A stretch of 64,000 bases of DNA from a bacterium (GCA_021815445.1 JAKAGM010000001.1:67447-131446), one strand, 5' to 3'; shown: positions 37,518 to 52,060, numbered from the stretch's first letter. Made by a program: numbers and translations. The notes: generated by a model not told the origin, from the letters alone.

Positions 37518-40508
37518 ATGGGCCGGTTATGGTACAATTTGCTGGTGAATATCTTCGAAAATCTTAATCCTGAGCAGAAAAAAGCCATCACCTTCGGTGA
37601 AGGCCCCTTGTTAATCGTGGCGGGCGCTGGTACGGGAAAAACCACCGTCATCACCCAGCGGGTCGCCTGGCTTATCCAGCAAAAGAAAGCCCGCCCGGAT
37701 GAAATTCTCGCCATCACGTTTACTGACAAAGCTGCCGGCGAACTCGAGGAGCGGATCGACCAGCTCCTGCCCTACGGGTATGTCGACCTATGGGTATCGA
37801 CGTTCCATGCGCTTGGGGAGCGGATATTGAAAGACCAGGGGCTCGAGATCGGGCTGGACACGAATTTTGAACTTTTGGACAAAGTCGGTCAGTGGCAATT
37901 TATCCGCAAACACCTTTTCGATTTCGACCTGGACTATTGGCGGCCCCTGGGAAGCCCGACGAGGTTTATCTACGCGCTCGCAACTCATTTCTCGCGCCTC
38001 AAGGACGAGAATATCTCGCCGGAAGAATATCTTGCGTATGCCGAGAAAATAGGCGGAGCAAAAAAAGGTACTGGTACGGAGGAGACGGAAAAAGTTGCCG
38101 AGCTTGCCCGGGCGTACGCCCAATACGAGAAACTGAAGGCCGACGAAGGTTTTCTCGACTTCGGTGATCTCATCACCCTGCCCATTAAGCTTTTTACCAA
38201 ACGGCAGAAAATCCTCGACTCGTATCGGGAAAAGTTCAAATACATTTTGGTTGACGAATTCCAAGACACCAACTGGGCGCAGTACGTGCTGATTAAAATG
38301 CTTTCAGCGCCGCGGAATAATCTCACAGTCGTCGGGGATGACGACCAGTCTATTTACAAGTTCCGGGGGGCGGCGATCTCGAACATCCTCGAATTCAAAA
38401 AAGATTTTCCCGACGCGGCTGAAGTCGTTATGACGGAAAATTACCGATCGAAACAGAATATCCTGGACCTTTCCTACCGCTTTATCCAGCTCAATAACCC
38501 GAACAGGCTTGAAGCCCATCTCGGTTCGCCAAAGGGTTCAACCGGCGTAAAGATATCAAAAAAGCTCACGTCGACAACAGCCGGCAAGGGGATTATCGAA
38601 CACCTCCACACTGCGTCAGTCGAGGATGAAGTCATCGCCGTCATAAAAAAGATAGCCGAGCTCAAGAAAAAGAAAAAGAAAACGTCATGGAATGACTTTG
38701 CCATTCTCGTCCGCGCCAACGACGCTGCGACACCGTTTATCAACGCGCTGTCGTACCATGATATGCCGTACCAGTATGTCGCCTCGCGGGGGCTTTTTTC
38801 CAAGCCGGAGGTCATGGACCTCATTTCCTACCTCAAACTGCTCGATAACTACCACGAATCCAGCGCGCTTTTTCGCGTGCTCTCGATGCCGGTCTATCAC
38901 CTAAGACTGCTCGATATCATGCGGCTGATGGAATTTGCCCGGAAAAAAAGCATTTCGCTTTTTGAAGCGCTGACCAAAATCAGGTCGATCCCGAATCTTG
39001 ACCCCAAGACTGTTGAAAGTGTTGTCATATTTATCGATACCATGAGGAAGCATGCCGAAGCGGCGAAGACTCTCAGTGTCGCCCAGGTGCTCTACCAATT
39101 CGTCAACGACTCGGGCCTGATGAGACAGTACACGCAGGATGTCAACCGCCAAAAAGCGGAGCAGATACTGAATATCAGGGAGTTTTTTAACTATGTCGCC
39201 GACTTTGAGCGGCGCGAGCACCACGCGTCGGTCCAAAAGTTCGTCGAACAGATCGGCCTGGCCATCGAGTCAGGAGAAGAGGGGAGTCTCGCGGGTCTCT
39301 CGGAAGAAGGCCCTGACGCGATTAAAATAATGACCGTCCACGCCGCGAAAGGCCTCGAATTCAAATACGTATTCCTCGTGAATCTGGTCGATAAGCGTTT
39401 CCCGACTGTTGAACGCAAGGATCCCATTGAAATTCCCGACGGGCTTATTAAAGAAACGGTGACCGGGGGCGATATCCATCTCGAGGAGGAGCGGCGGCTT
39501 TTCTATGTCGGCATGACTCGCGCGAAGGAGGGGATTTTCTTCACCTCGGCGGAGGACTACGGCGGCGCGAGGAAAAAGAAACCCTCACAGTTCCTCTACG
39601 AAATAGGGCTCAGTAAAACGAAAGCGGCAAAGCCCGTGCCGAAGCAGACATCTCTTCTTGACGAACGCTTCCAGGACCCGCTCGGCGCGAAACTCCGGAA
39701 AGAAGTCCCGTCGTTCGAAGAGATCCTTCCCCAAAAGTTCAGTTTCACCCAGCTCAAGGCGTTCGAAACCTGCCCGTACCAGTACCGTTTCGCCCATATT
39801 CTCAAGGTTCCAGTCCGAGGCAAAGGTGTTTTCAGCTTCGGTAAATCTATTCACCAGACCCTGAAAGATTTTTATCAGCTCGTCCAGACCCGCATGAAGC
39901 CCGATCTTTTTACCGTCAAAGAGCGCGTGTCAGCGAAACCGGTGGTTTCCCTTGATGAACTCATGGACATGTACGAGCGGAATTGGATTGACGAGTGGTA
40001 TGATTCAGCCGTCCATATGCGGGAGCGTAAGGCGCAAGGGACAAAATTCATGAAAGAGTTTTACGCAAAACACCAGCATGCGCTGAATGCCCCTAAGTTT
40101 CTCGAACAGCCTTTTAACATCAAGATAGGTAAGTATACGCTCAAAGGGGTTATCGACCGCGTCGATGTCATCGCCAAGAAAAAAGGCCACGACGATGTGC
40201 ACATTATTGATTATAAAACCGGCCGCGTCCCAAAGAACAAGCGCGACGCCGATCTCGAACAGCTTCTCCTGTACGCCATAGCTTCACGCGAAGTATTCGG
40301 CGACGACCCGAAACAGTTGACCTACTACTTCCTTGATGATAACCAGGAATTTACGTACGAACCTGACGAAAAAGAAATTACCCAAGTGAAAGAGCGCGTG
40401 ACAAAGACCATCGGTGACATCACCACGAGCGACTTTCGCGCCACCCCTTCGCCGTATGTGTGCAAAAACTGCGACTTTAAAGATATCTGCGAATTTCGCG
40501 TCCTCTAA
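37518..40508 (+). CDS. UvrD/PcrA-family superfamily-1 helicase fused to a C-terminal Cas4/AddB-like PD-(D/E)xK nuclease domain with an Fe-S cluster
   Basis: helicase motif I AGAGTGKTTVITQR; C-terminal domain with ...ETCPYQY... plus C-x2-C-x5-C (CKNCDFKDIC) and ...HIIDYKTGR...; alternative start ATG 37467. Confidence 0.8.
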   Translation: MGRLWYNLLVNIFENLNPEQKKAITFGEGPLLIVAGAGTGKTTVITQRVAWLIQQKKARPDEILAITFTDKAAGELEERIDQLLPYGYVDLWVSTFHALGERILKDQGLEIGLDTNFELLDKVGQWQFIRKHLFDFDLDYWRPLGSPTRFIYALATHFSRLKDENISPEEYLAYAEKIGGAKKGTGTEETEKVAELARAYAQYEKLKADEGFLDFGDLITLPIKLFTKRQKILDSYREKFKYILVDEFQDTNWAQYVLIKMLSAPRNNLTVVGDDDQSIYKFRGAAISNILEFKKDFPDAAEVVMTENYRSKQNILDLSYRFIQLNNPNRLEAHLGSPKGSTGVKISKKLTSTTAGKGIIEHLHTASVEDEVIAVIKKIAELKKKKKKTSWNDFAILVRANDAATPFINALSYHDMPYQYVASRGLFSKPEVMDLISYLKLLDNYHESSALFRVLSMPVYHLRLLDIMRLMEFARKKSISLFEALTKIRSIPNLDPKTVESVVIFIDTMRKHAEAAKTLSVAQVLYQFVNDSGLMRQYTQDVNRQKAEQILNIREFFNYVADFERREHHASVQKFVEQIGLAIESGEEGSLAGLSEEGPDAIKIMTVHAAKGLEFKYVFLVNLVDKRFPTVERKDPIEIPDGLIKETVTGGDIHLEEERRLFYVGMTRAKEGIFFTSAEDYGGARKKKPSQFLYEIGLSKTKAAKPVPKQTSLLDERFQDPLGAKLRKEVPSFEEILPQKFSFTQLKAFETCPYQYRFAHILKVPVRGKGVFSFGKSIHQTLKDFYQLVQTRMKPDLFTVKERVSAKPVVSLDELMDMYERNWIDEWYDSAVHMRERKAQGTKFMKEFYAKHQHALNAPKFLEQPFNIKIGKYTLKGVIDRVDVIAKKKGHDDVHIIDYKTGRVPKNKRDADLEQLLLYAIASREVFGDDPKQLTYYFLDDNQEFTYEPDEKEITQVKERVTKTIGDITTSDFRATPSPYVCKNCDFKDICEFRVL

Positions 40509-40513
40509 AGCTT

Positions 40514-40810
40514 ATGGCATTCTCCTCACTCGGCGATACACTCCGAAAAAGCATCAGGGCAGCGGGCATAGAGCCCCAGGTGCTTGGCGCGCAAACTATC
40601 GAGCATTTCGGAAAAGTTTCAGAAGAAATCCTCGGCAAGGCAGTCGCCGCAAAAGTGAGCGCGCTCTATGTCAAGAATAAGACGTTGACTGTCGGCGTAT
40701 CGAGCGCAGTCGTCGGTCAGGAGCTCAAACTGCATGAGCGGGAGATACTCCAGAAATTGAACACCGACCCGGCTCATCCGCATATCGAACGCCTGAGGTT
40801 TTTGGTGTAG
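40514..40810 (+). CDS. DUF721/DciA-like protein
   Basis: 98 aa; ...LGKAVAAKVSALYVKNKTLTVGVSSAVVGQELKLHEREILQKLN... matches the DUF721 pattern. Confidence 0.5.
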   Translation: MAFSSLGDTLRKSIRAAGIEPQVLGAQTIEHFGKVSEEILGKAVAAKVSALYVKNKTLTVGVSSAVVGQELKLHEREILQKLNTDPAHPHIERLRFLV

Positions 40811-40869
40811 TGTTCAAAATCCCTCTCGGGGCATAAAGAAAACCCTCAGTCGAGATGAACTGAGGGTGC

Positions 40870-41361
40870 TTAGGGCCAACGATAGAAGCCGATAAGCATG
40901 TCTTTGCACTTCACACCTTCTGCGGCGGATACGAGGATGACGTCGGAAAGCTGGGCGATGATATAGGCGCCCCGACCGCCTTCGTTAAGCGACGGCGGGA
41001 GATCGTTGAAGCGCATTGATGCAATCCCGTCGGCGCCCGCGTGGTCGAGAATGATGACGTAAAACCACGCCGACGGTTCGTAAATGAGTTTTACGTGTAT
41101 GCGCCTCCATGTGACTTTTTTCTCGACGGTTCGAGCTGAATTCTCGAATGCTTCGGAGATGCCGATGATTGACGACCCGTCGGGTTCGCCGAAATGCATT
41201 GTCGCCATAAGATCCTCGATCTGCTGGACGACAACCTGTCTCTCGGTGAAAGAGTCGAAGGATAGATCCATGACGCAAATGCCTGACGGATCGACAACCG
41301 GGTATGGTTTGCCCGGCGGCCAGTCGTCTTTGACTACCAGGACGGAACTTTTCGTGCGCAT
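40870..41361 (-). CDS. GHKL-type ATPase, anti-sigma regulatory factor (RsbW/SpoIIAB-like Ser/Thr kinase)
   Basis: N box ...GISEAFENS..., G1 ...ILDHAGADGI..., G2 ...NEGGRGAYIIAQLSD... align with SpoIIAB; start at the ATG with AAGAGG RBS (the ORF-track GTG at 41400 is rejected). Confidence 0.5.
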   Translation of the reverse strand: MRTKSSVLVVKDDWPPGKPYPVVDPSGICVMDLSFDSFTERQVVVQQIEDLMATMHFGEPDGSSIIGISEAFENSARTVEKKVTWRRIHVKLIYEPSAWFYVIILDHAGADGIASMRFNDLPPSLNEGGRGAYIIAQLSDVILVSAAEGVKCKDMLIGFYRWP

Positions 41362-41569
41362 CGTATGCCTCTTTTTGAAAGGAACCCCTTTGATGTTCAC
41401 CCAAACGTATCAAGTTCTGTATTATCGGTCAAGAGCAGTCGTTCAGATGAACGAAAAACGGCTTATCTTAGCATTTTTTTGATCATTAGAAATCTTTGCA
41501 AAAAGAGTGAAAATATGCTATGGTTGAAGCAGGTTTGACTCCTATTTTTTCATACACCAGGCAGTATCC

Positions 41570-41953
41570 ATGTCGTTAAAATACTATTTAACATTGATGT
41601 CGGCCGCGACGCTGTTTTGCTGGGCCGCGTGGGCAATGGTGGTCCATTTTATCAATCCGCAGGAAGCCGGGAGTATCGGTTTTTTGATTTTTTACCTCAG
41701 TCTTCTTTTCGCGCTTATCGGCACCTTCTCGCTGTTTGAATTTTTTCTGAGGGTGTGGTTTTCGCATGAGCAGGTGATATTCAGGCATTTAGGAGTGTCT
41801 TTCCGGCAGGCGATTTTATTCGCACTTTTGCTTGTTATCGCACTCATCCTGCAGGGGGAGCGTTTCCTCACCTGGTGGAACATGCTCTTGCTTGTGCTCT
41901 TTCTCAGCATGCTTGAATACATTTTTTTATCCAGAAGTAAACCGCAAACGTAA
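41570..41953 (+). CDS. small integral membrane protein (4 TM), hypothetical
   Basis: 127 aa hydrophobic. Confidence 0.45.
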   Translation: MSLKYYLTLMSAATLFCWAAWAMVVHFINPQEAGSIGFLIFYLSLLFALIGTFSLFEFFLRVWFSHEQVIFRHLGVSFRQAILFALLLVIALILQGERFLTWWNMLLLVLFLSMLEYIFLSRSKPQT

Positions 41954-41961
41954 TCCGGCCA

Positions 41962-43002
41962 ATGCTTGAACAGCTTGAACAATTCAAAACGCAAGCCGAC
42001 AAGGCCATAACTTCCGCAAATACCCTGCAGGAGCTGCGGGATGTTGAAGTCCATTTCCTCGGCAGGCGCGGCAAGCTAGCGTTGCTTTTGCAACAGTTGA
42101 GGGACTTGCCGCAAGAGGAGCGTCCTGCAGCCGGCGCGCGGGCGAACGAGCTCAAGAAAGACCTTATTGCCGCGTTGGCCCATCGGGCTGAATCGCTCAA
42201 AGGCGGTACTCCCGCGTCTACTTCGCACGTTCTCGATATTACATGGCCGGGCGAACGCATGCCTTACGGGCACATCCATCCGCTGACCCGTTTTCTCCGT
42301 CTGGTGACGTCAATTTTCTCCTCGATGGGATTCGAGATTATTGAGGGCCCCGAAGTCGAGAGCACGAAGTATAATTTCGACCTCCTCAACATCCCAAAAG
42401 ATCATCCCGCGCGGGACGTGTGGGATACTTTTTTTGTCCGATCGCCAGAGGGGGTGAAGTCGGCGGAAGGGGATTTGGTCCTGCGCACGCACACAAGTCC
42501 GATGCAGGTGCGCGCGATGGAAACCCGCACGCCGCCTGTGCGCTTCATCGTTCCCGGCCGCGTTTACCGCCACGAAGCGACCGATGCTTCACATGAAGCG
42601 ATGTTTTACCAGTGCGAGGGGTTGGTTATCGACAGGGGGATCCGCGTCACCGACCTTCTCGGCACGCTCAAAATTTTCCTGCAGACACTTTTTGAAAAGA
42701 AAGTTAAAATCCGCGTGAGGCCGGAATTCTATCCTTTTGTCGAGCCGGGTCTTGATATCGACATGTCCTGCCTCCTCTGCGACGGCAAAGGGTGTCCTGC
42801 ATGCAAGCAGTCGGGCTGGATGGAAATGATGGGTTCAGGAATGGTGCACCCGAAAGTGCTGACGAATATGGGCGTTGATCCGAAGGTATACTCAGGGTTC
42901 GCCTTCGGCCTCGGCATTGATCGTCTCATGATGCTGTATTTCGGCATTGACGATGTGCGTCTTTCGTACCAGAGCGACATGAGATTTCTTGAACAGTTTT
43001 AG
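41962..43002 (+). CDS. pheS: phenylalanine--tRNA ligase alpha subunit
   Basis: ...FNFDLLNIPKDHPARD..., class II motifs. Confidence 0.95.
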   Translation: MLEQLEQFKTQADKAITSANTLQELRDVEVHFLGRRGKLALLLQQLRDLPQEERPAAGARANELKKDLIAALAHRAESLKGGTPASTSHVLDITWPGERMPYGHIHPLTRFLRLVTSIFSSMGFEIIEGPEVESTKYNFDLLNIPKDHPARDVWDTFFVRSPEGVKSAEGDLVLRTHTSPMQVRAMETRTPPVRFIVPGRVYRHEATDASHEAMFYQCEGLVIDRGIRVTDLLGTLKIFLQTLFEKKVKIRVRPEFYPFVEPGLDIDMSCLLCDGKGCPACKQSGWMEMMGSGMVHPKVLTNMGVDPKVYSGFAFGLGIDRLMMLYFGIDDVRLSYQSDMRFLEQF

Positions 43003-43059
43003 ATTGTGTCAAAGTGTATGAAAAGCGAAGTCACAAGTTTCCCAAACATTTAGGACTTT

Positions 43060-47497
<4,438 letters not shown>

Positions 47498-47543
47498 GGG
47501 TTTTCGCATCCCACTTGACGTGTAAAGGGGCGCATGATACAGT

Positions 47544-47563
47544 GTTCATGTACCCCCTGCGAG
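47544..47563 (+). terminator. rho-independent terminator (CCCCCT-gcg-AGGGGG + T5)
   Basis: GC hairpin plus T-run 47 nt after the gyrB stop. Confidence 0.55.
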
Positions 47564-47607
47564 GGGGTTTTTGAGACCGAGATTTTCAGGCCGCACAGCG
47601 GACTTCT

Positions 47608-47802
47608 ATGGCAAACAAACTTATCAGCTATATCAGGGAATCCCGCGATGAACTGCGGAAGGTGATCTGGCCGTCCCGGCAGGAGACGATACGCCACACC
47701 CTTCTTGTCGTTGGCGTTTCAGTCACCGTTGCCATTGTTTTGGGGATAGCGGACTATGTCTTCACGATCGGTTTCGAGAAGCTTCTTCTTAAAGTCACCT
47801 AA
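47608..47802 (+). CDS. secE: preprotein translocase subunit SecE
   Basis: 64 aa, single TM, ...RESRDELRKVIWPSRQET... Confidence 0.8.
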   Translation: MANKLISYIRESRDELRKVIWPSRQETIRHTLLVVGVSVTVAIVLGIADYVFTIGFEKLLLKVT

Positions 47803-47820
47803 GGCGGCCTTTTTGCCTCT

Positions 47821-48366
47821 ATGCCAAAGCAGACATTGAAACAGGGCAGGAAATGGTACGTACTCCACACGTATTCGGGGTACGAAGAGAACGTCGCGCG
47901 GAACCTGCGCCAGCGTATCGAGTCGATGGATATGCAGGACAAGATTTACAGCGTCCTCATCCCGACTGAAAATAAGATCCGCATCAGGAACGGCAAACGC
48001 AGGATTGTCACTGAAAAGATATTTCCCGGCTACGTGCTTGTCGAAATGATGGTGACTGACGATTCATGGTACGTCGTGCGCAACACGCCGAACGTGACCG
48101 GCTTCGTCGGATCAGGGACCACCCCGACGCCTATCTCAGACGACGAAGTCAAAGAAATCCAAAAACGCATGGGCATCACCGAGCCCAAGTATAAGATCGA
48201 CGTCGGCGTCGGTTCGCCGGTCAAGATCACCGACGGCCCGTTCAAAGAGTACGAAGGCAAGGTGTCAGAAGTCGACGAGGCCCGCGGCAAGGTCAAAGTG
48301 CTCGTATCCATGTTCGGCCGCGAAACGCCTATCGAGCTCGACTTCCTCCAGGTGAAGAAGATTTAA
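47821..48366 (+). CDS. nusG: transcription termination/antitermination factor NusG
   Basis: ...[15 protein letters not shown]...; KOW domain ...[15 protein letters not shown]... Confidence 0.9.
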   Translation: MPKQTLKQGRKWYVLHTYSGYEENVARNLRQRIESMDMQDKIYSVLIPTENKIRIRNGKRRIVTEKIFPGYVLVEMMVTDDSWYVVRNTPNVTGFVGSGTTPTPISDDEVKEIQKRMGITEPKYKIDVGVGSPVKITDGPFKEYEGKVSEVDEARGKVKVLVSMFGRETPIELDFLQVKKI

Positions 48367-48385
48367 CTTTCCCAATTTTTTCTTT

Positions 48386-48808
48386 ATGGAAAAAAAAATA
48401 AAGACAGTGCTCAAACTCCAGCTCCCCGCGGGCAAAGCGACCCCGGCTCCGCCCGTAGGACCGGCGCTCGGCCAACACGGCCTCAACTTGCAGGAGTTCT
48501 GCACGAAATTCAACGCGGCGACCAAAGACAAAGCCGGCGATATCATCCCGGTCGAGATTACCGTCTTTGAAGACCGCACGTATTCGTTTGTCACCAAGAC
48601 TCCTCCCGCCGCCTCTTTGCTCAAAAAAGCCGCAGGCATCGAAAAAGGTTCCGGAAGCCCGCTGGCCACGAAGGTCGGCAAAGTGACAAAGAAGCAGATC
48701 GAAGATATCGCGAAGCTCAAGATGCCCGATCTGAACGCGAAAGACCTGGCCGGAGCCATGAAGATTATCGAGGGTACTGCCCGAAACATGGGCATTACCG
48801 TCGAGTAA
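48386..48808 (+). CDS. rplK: 50S ribosomal protein L11
   Basis: ...[29 protein letters not shown]... Confidence 0.95.
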   Translation: MEKKIKTVLKLQLPAGKATPAPPVGPALGQHGLNLQEFCTKFNAATKDKAGDIIPVEITVFEDRTYSFVTKTPPAASLLKKAAGIEKGSGSPLATKVGKVTKKQIEDIAKLKMPDLNAKDLAGAMKIIEGTARNMGITVE

Positions 48809-48822
48809 CTTTTTTTTCTCCC

Positions 48823-49827
48823 ATGGATCAGCCGTTTACAATGTTTCTCGCTTATTTAATACCTTTTGGCGGACTCGCGATAGTGATTTTCGCTATCGCC
48901 GCCATTTTAGAAGGGAAAACACATATGAGCAAAGGTTCAATAGTGCGCAGCCTGTATTTTTACCTCATGTCGATAGTCACACTGGCGATTGTCGCCGGCT
49001 CGCTCATCTTCCTCGTGAACCTCGGCCTCAAGTCGTGGGTCTTTACCAAAGCCGACCAGCTCAGCAGCAGGCTCGGTCCGCCGCCTGTGCTCTATCTCGA
49101 TTCTACGACGCCAAGCGAAGCCACCAAAGCAGCGGCGCCGGCAGCACCCGGTGCGACGGTACTGACGTGCAAGGACGCATGCCAGCTTACCGATGCCCAA
49201 AAAAGCAACATTGATTCATGGAAGGCGAGTTACGCGAGCTGGCAGGAGGCGAGTGCGCATCCTGAATCGCAGAGGACGCGCGACGCTGTTGCCGCGCTGT
49301 CATTTCTCATAGTTGCGCTGCCGTTCTTCATCATCCACTTCCGCATCGTCCAGAAAGACGCCAAACAGTCAGTCGACGAAGAGCACGGCGTGATACGCCC
49401 AACATACTTCTACTTTATTTCACTGGCCTCATTGCTGATGGTCGTGATCGCCGGCGGATTCCTGATCAATATCGCACTGAAGACCTGGGTATTCCCGAGC
49501 GCACAGCAGGCCGACAAGCTCGCGTCAAACATTTATCCTGTCCAACAGGTCAGCAGCGAAAGGGACTCCGTGAAGAGCATATCCGCCTGCGGAGAGAAAT
49601 GCGGGATAGACAAAGAAACAGTTGCGCTGGCCAATTCATGGATTACCGACTACGATGCATGGCAAAAAGAGGTATCAACTCCCCAAAACTCCACCCAACG
49701 GCAAGCCGCTTCCTCGATTCCGTTTGTCCTCGTGGGCATTCCGCTGTTCTGGTACCACTGGAGCATCGTCCGGAAGCAATCAAAGGATAAAAAAGATTTG
49801 AACACTCCGTCCAAAACAACGAGCTAA
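48823..49827 (+). CDS. integral membrane protein with internal tandem duplication, inserted between rplK and rplA
   Basis: 334 aa; two similar halves each with 2 TM plus a soluble segment (...DSWKASYASWQEASAHPESQRTRDAVAALSFLIV... and ...SWITDYDAWQKEVSTPQNSTQRQAASSIPFVLV...). Confidence 0.55.
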   Translation: MDQPFTMFLAYLIPFGGLAIVIFAIAAILEGKTHMSKGSIVRSLYFYLMSIVTLAIVAGSLIFLVNLGLKSWVFTKADQLSSRLGPPPVLYLDSTTPSEATKAAAPAAPGATVLTCKDACQLTDAQKSNIDSWKASYASWQEASAHPESQRTRDAVAALSFLIVALPFFIIHFRIVQKDAKQSVDEEHGVIRPTYFYFISLASLLMVVIAGGFLINIALKTWVFPSAQQADKLASNIYPVQQVSSERDSVKSISACGEKCGIDKETVALANSWITDYDAWQKEVSTPQNSTQRQAASSIPFVLVGIPLFWYHWSIVRKQSKDKKDLNTPSKTTS

Positions 49828-49887
49828 TTATTTTTTGTGGGACCTCGCGCAGGACGCGGGGGTTCGCACCACGAAAGGATTTCACCA
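49828..49887 (+). promoter_or_regulatory. possible L1-binding mRNA leader (autoregulatory element) upstream of rplA
   Basis: GC hairpin CCTCGCG-cagga-CGCGGGG directly upstream of the rplA RBS; position analogous to L1 translational operators; not verified. Confidence 0.25.
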
Positions 49888-50571
49888 ATGCCACAACATT
49901 CTAAGCGGTATCGGGAAGCGCAGAAGCTTATCGACAGGTCAAAGAAGTATACGGCCGAAGAAGCCGTCAAACTTCTCCAGCAGGTATCGAAGGTCAAATT
50001 CGACGCCGGTGTTGAGATCCACTTGAATCTCGGCATCGATCCGAAGAAAGCCGACCAGATAGTCAGGGGAACTGTCTCCCTTCCTCACGGGACGGGCAAA
50101 AAAAAACGGGTAGCCGTCTTTGCCGAGGGGAAAGACGCCGACGCGGCAAGGAAAGCCGGCGCCGACATCGCAGGCGGCGAGGAACTGATTAAAGAAATCA
50201 AGCAGAAGGGCGCCGTTGATTTTGAAGTCGCCATTGCGCATCCTTCGATGATGCGACACCTCGGCCAAATCGCGAAGATTTTGGGTCCCAAAGGCCTCAT
50301 GCCCAACCCCAAGAATGAAACCGTCACGCCCGACGTGGCGGGAGCCGTCCGGGACGTCCAGGGCGGGAAAGTCAGCTTCCGCAATGACGACTCGGGAAAT
50401 ATCCACCAGCTGGTAGGCCGCATTTCGTACGAGGCGCCCAAGCTTGTCGAAAATCTCGCGGCGTATCTCGAAGCCGTCAAACGCGCCCGCCCTGCCGCGG
50501 CGAAAGGCACCTACATCGTTTCCGCCACGCTTTCATCATCAATGAGCCCGGGCATACCTATCGTCGTATGA
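49888..50571 (+). CDS. rplA: 50S ribosomal protein L1
   Basis: MPQHSKRYREAQKLIDRSKKYTAEEAVKLLQQVSKVKFDAGVEIHLNLGIDPKKADQIVRGTVSLPHGTGK...; the ORF-track upstream extension is rejected. Confidence 0.9.
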   Translation: MPQHSKRYREAQKLIDRSKKYTAEEAVKLLQQVSKVKFDAGVEIHLNLGIDPKKADQIVRGTVSLPHGTGKKKRVAVFAEGKDADAARKAGADIAGGEELIKEIKQKGAVDFEVAIAHPSMMRHLGQIAKILGPKGLMPNPKNETVTPDVAGAVRDVQGGKVSFRNDDSGNIHQLVGRISYEAPKLVENLAAYLEAVKRARPAAAKGTYIVSATLSSSMSPGIPIVV

Positions 50572-51068
50572 CAGGCCCGATGAACAATGCAAAAAAGCGC
50601 GAAGGGTATCTCTCATGGGACGAATGTTTCATGCAGATGGCGCATCTGATCGCCCAGCGGTCCAAGGATCCAAGCACGCAGGCGGGCTCGGTCATCGTGA
50701 ACAAAGATAACATCATCGTGGGTCTGGGATACAACGGCTTTCCCCGCGGGATAGACGACGATGAACTTCCCTGGTCGCGGAAAGGCGGTTTTCTCGATAC
50801 CAAATACGCGTACGTCGTTCATGCCGAGGAAAACGCTGTGTACAACTCGAACAGCAACACGCACGGGTGCAAGATATACACGACGCTTTTTCCCTGTAAC
50901 GAGTGCGCCAAGACCATCATCCAAAACGGCATCACCGAAATTATCTACGCCAGCGACAAATACCACGACGAGGACATCTGGAAAGCCTCGCGCAAACTCC
51001 TTGATGCTGCGAATGTGAAGTGCCGGGAATATGCCCCGGAATATACTCTCGAGCTTAACAAAAAGTAA
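50568..51068 (+). CDS. deoxycytidylate (dCMP) deaminase
   Basis: zinc motifs HAEENAV and PCNECAKTI; start overlaps the rplA stop (ATGA). Confidence 0.8.
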   Translation: MTGPMNNAKKREGYLSWDECFMQMAHLIAQRSKDPSTQAGSVIVNKDNIIVGLGYNGFPRGIDDDELPWSRKGGFLDTKYAYVVHAEENAVYNSNSNTHGCKIYTTLFPCNECAKTIIQNGITEIIYASDKYHDEDIWKASRKLLDAANVKCREYAPEYTLELNKK

Positions 51069-51098
51069 TACCGGCGGCGCTACAGCCGCTTTTTGCTT

Positions 51099-51644
51099 AT
51101 GATTATAGGTTTAGTCGGATCACTCGCCGCAGGAAAAGGGACCGTTACCCGTTATCTTATCGATACCTACGGCGCGAAGTCCGTACGGTTCTCCGACCCT
51201 CTCCGGGATATCATCCATCGCCTGTACCACACGGAGACCCGCGAATACATGTCGCATCTCGCGACGTTCCTCCGGTCCGAGTTCGGCGATGATATCCTCG
51301 TCAGGGTGCTTTTGCATGACGTCGACGCGACGCCCGGCAAGCTTTTCGTCTTAGACGGATTACGGTACAAAGACGAATACGCCGTATTATCCCGGCGCGA
51401 CGATTTCCAGCTCTGGGCTGTCGATACGGCTCTCGAGACGAGGTACCAGCGGATTATCAAACGTGGGGAGAACGCGGCCGAGACCGAGCTCACCCTCGAG
51501 CAGTTTACCGCACAACACAAACTCCCCACCGAGCTTTTTACTCCCGAGCTCATGAAAAAAGCCGACTCGACCATAGACAACAACGGCGATCTCAAAGCGC
51601 TGTATGCGCAGGTCGATTCGCTCGCGCGGAAGCTTAATCTATGA
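51099..51644 (+). CDS. P-loop nucleotide kinase (dephospho-CoA-kinase/dNMP-kinase-like)
   Basis: MIIGLVGSLAAGKGTV (Walker A at N-terminus), ...ADSTIDNNGDLKAL... resembles the CoaE-type kinase fold; the ORF-track TTG at 51093 is replaced by the ATG at 51099. Confidence 0.5.
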   Translation: MIIGLVGSLAAGKGTVTRYLIDTYGAKSVRFSDPLRDIIHRLYHTETREYMSHLATFLRSEFGDDILVRVLLHDVDATPGKLFVLDGLRYKDEYAVLSRRDDFQLWAVDTALETRYQRIIKRGENAAETELTLEQFTAQHKLPTELFTPELMKKADSTIDNNGDLKALYAQVDSLARKLNL

Positions 51645-52060
51645 GATTTCGCATCAAAAAGCTCTCGCCCGATGTCACGCTGCCGTCCTACGCCCATGAG
51701 GACGACGCCGCCATGGACGTGTGCGCGAACGAAGACTATGAATTGAAACCCGGGGAACGGCACCATTTCGGGCTCGGATTCTCGGCGGAGTTTAGCGCAG
51801 GGTACGTCTGTCACGTGTGGGACAGGGGAGGTCTAGCTTCGAAACAGGGCCTGACCACGTTAGGAGGAGTAATCGACGCGGGGTACCGGGGTGAATACGC
51901 TGTCGTCTTACTCAATACCGCAGATAAGCCCGTGCAGATAAAAAAAGGTGACAGAATAGCACAGATGGTTATCCAAAAAGTAGAGCATGTCGATATCGAG
52001 GAAACTGACACATTGAACGACTCATCCCGCGGAAAAGGGTGGGGGAGTTCGGGAAGGTAG
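51641..52060 (+). CDS. dut: dUTP diphosphatase
   Basis: ...AAMDVCA..., ...GVIDAGYRGE..., C-terminal ...RGKGWGSSG...; start overlaps the upstream stop (ATGA). Confidence 0.9.
   Translation: MRFRIKKLSPDVTLPSYAHEDDAAMDVCANEDYELKPGERHHFGLGFSAEFSAGYVCHVWDRGGLASKQGLTTLGGVIDAGYRGEYAVVLLNTADKPVQIKKGDRIAQMVIQKVEHVDIEETDTLNDSSRGKGWGSSGR

Noticed and set aside
47514-47542. TTGACG-N17-TACAGT promoter-like sequence immediately after gyrB
   Set aside because: It lies upstream of the gyrB terminator hairpin (47544-47563), so transcripts would terminate at once. It is probably a chance match
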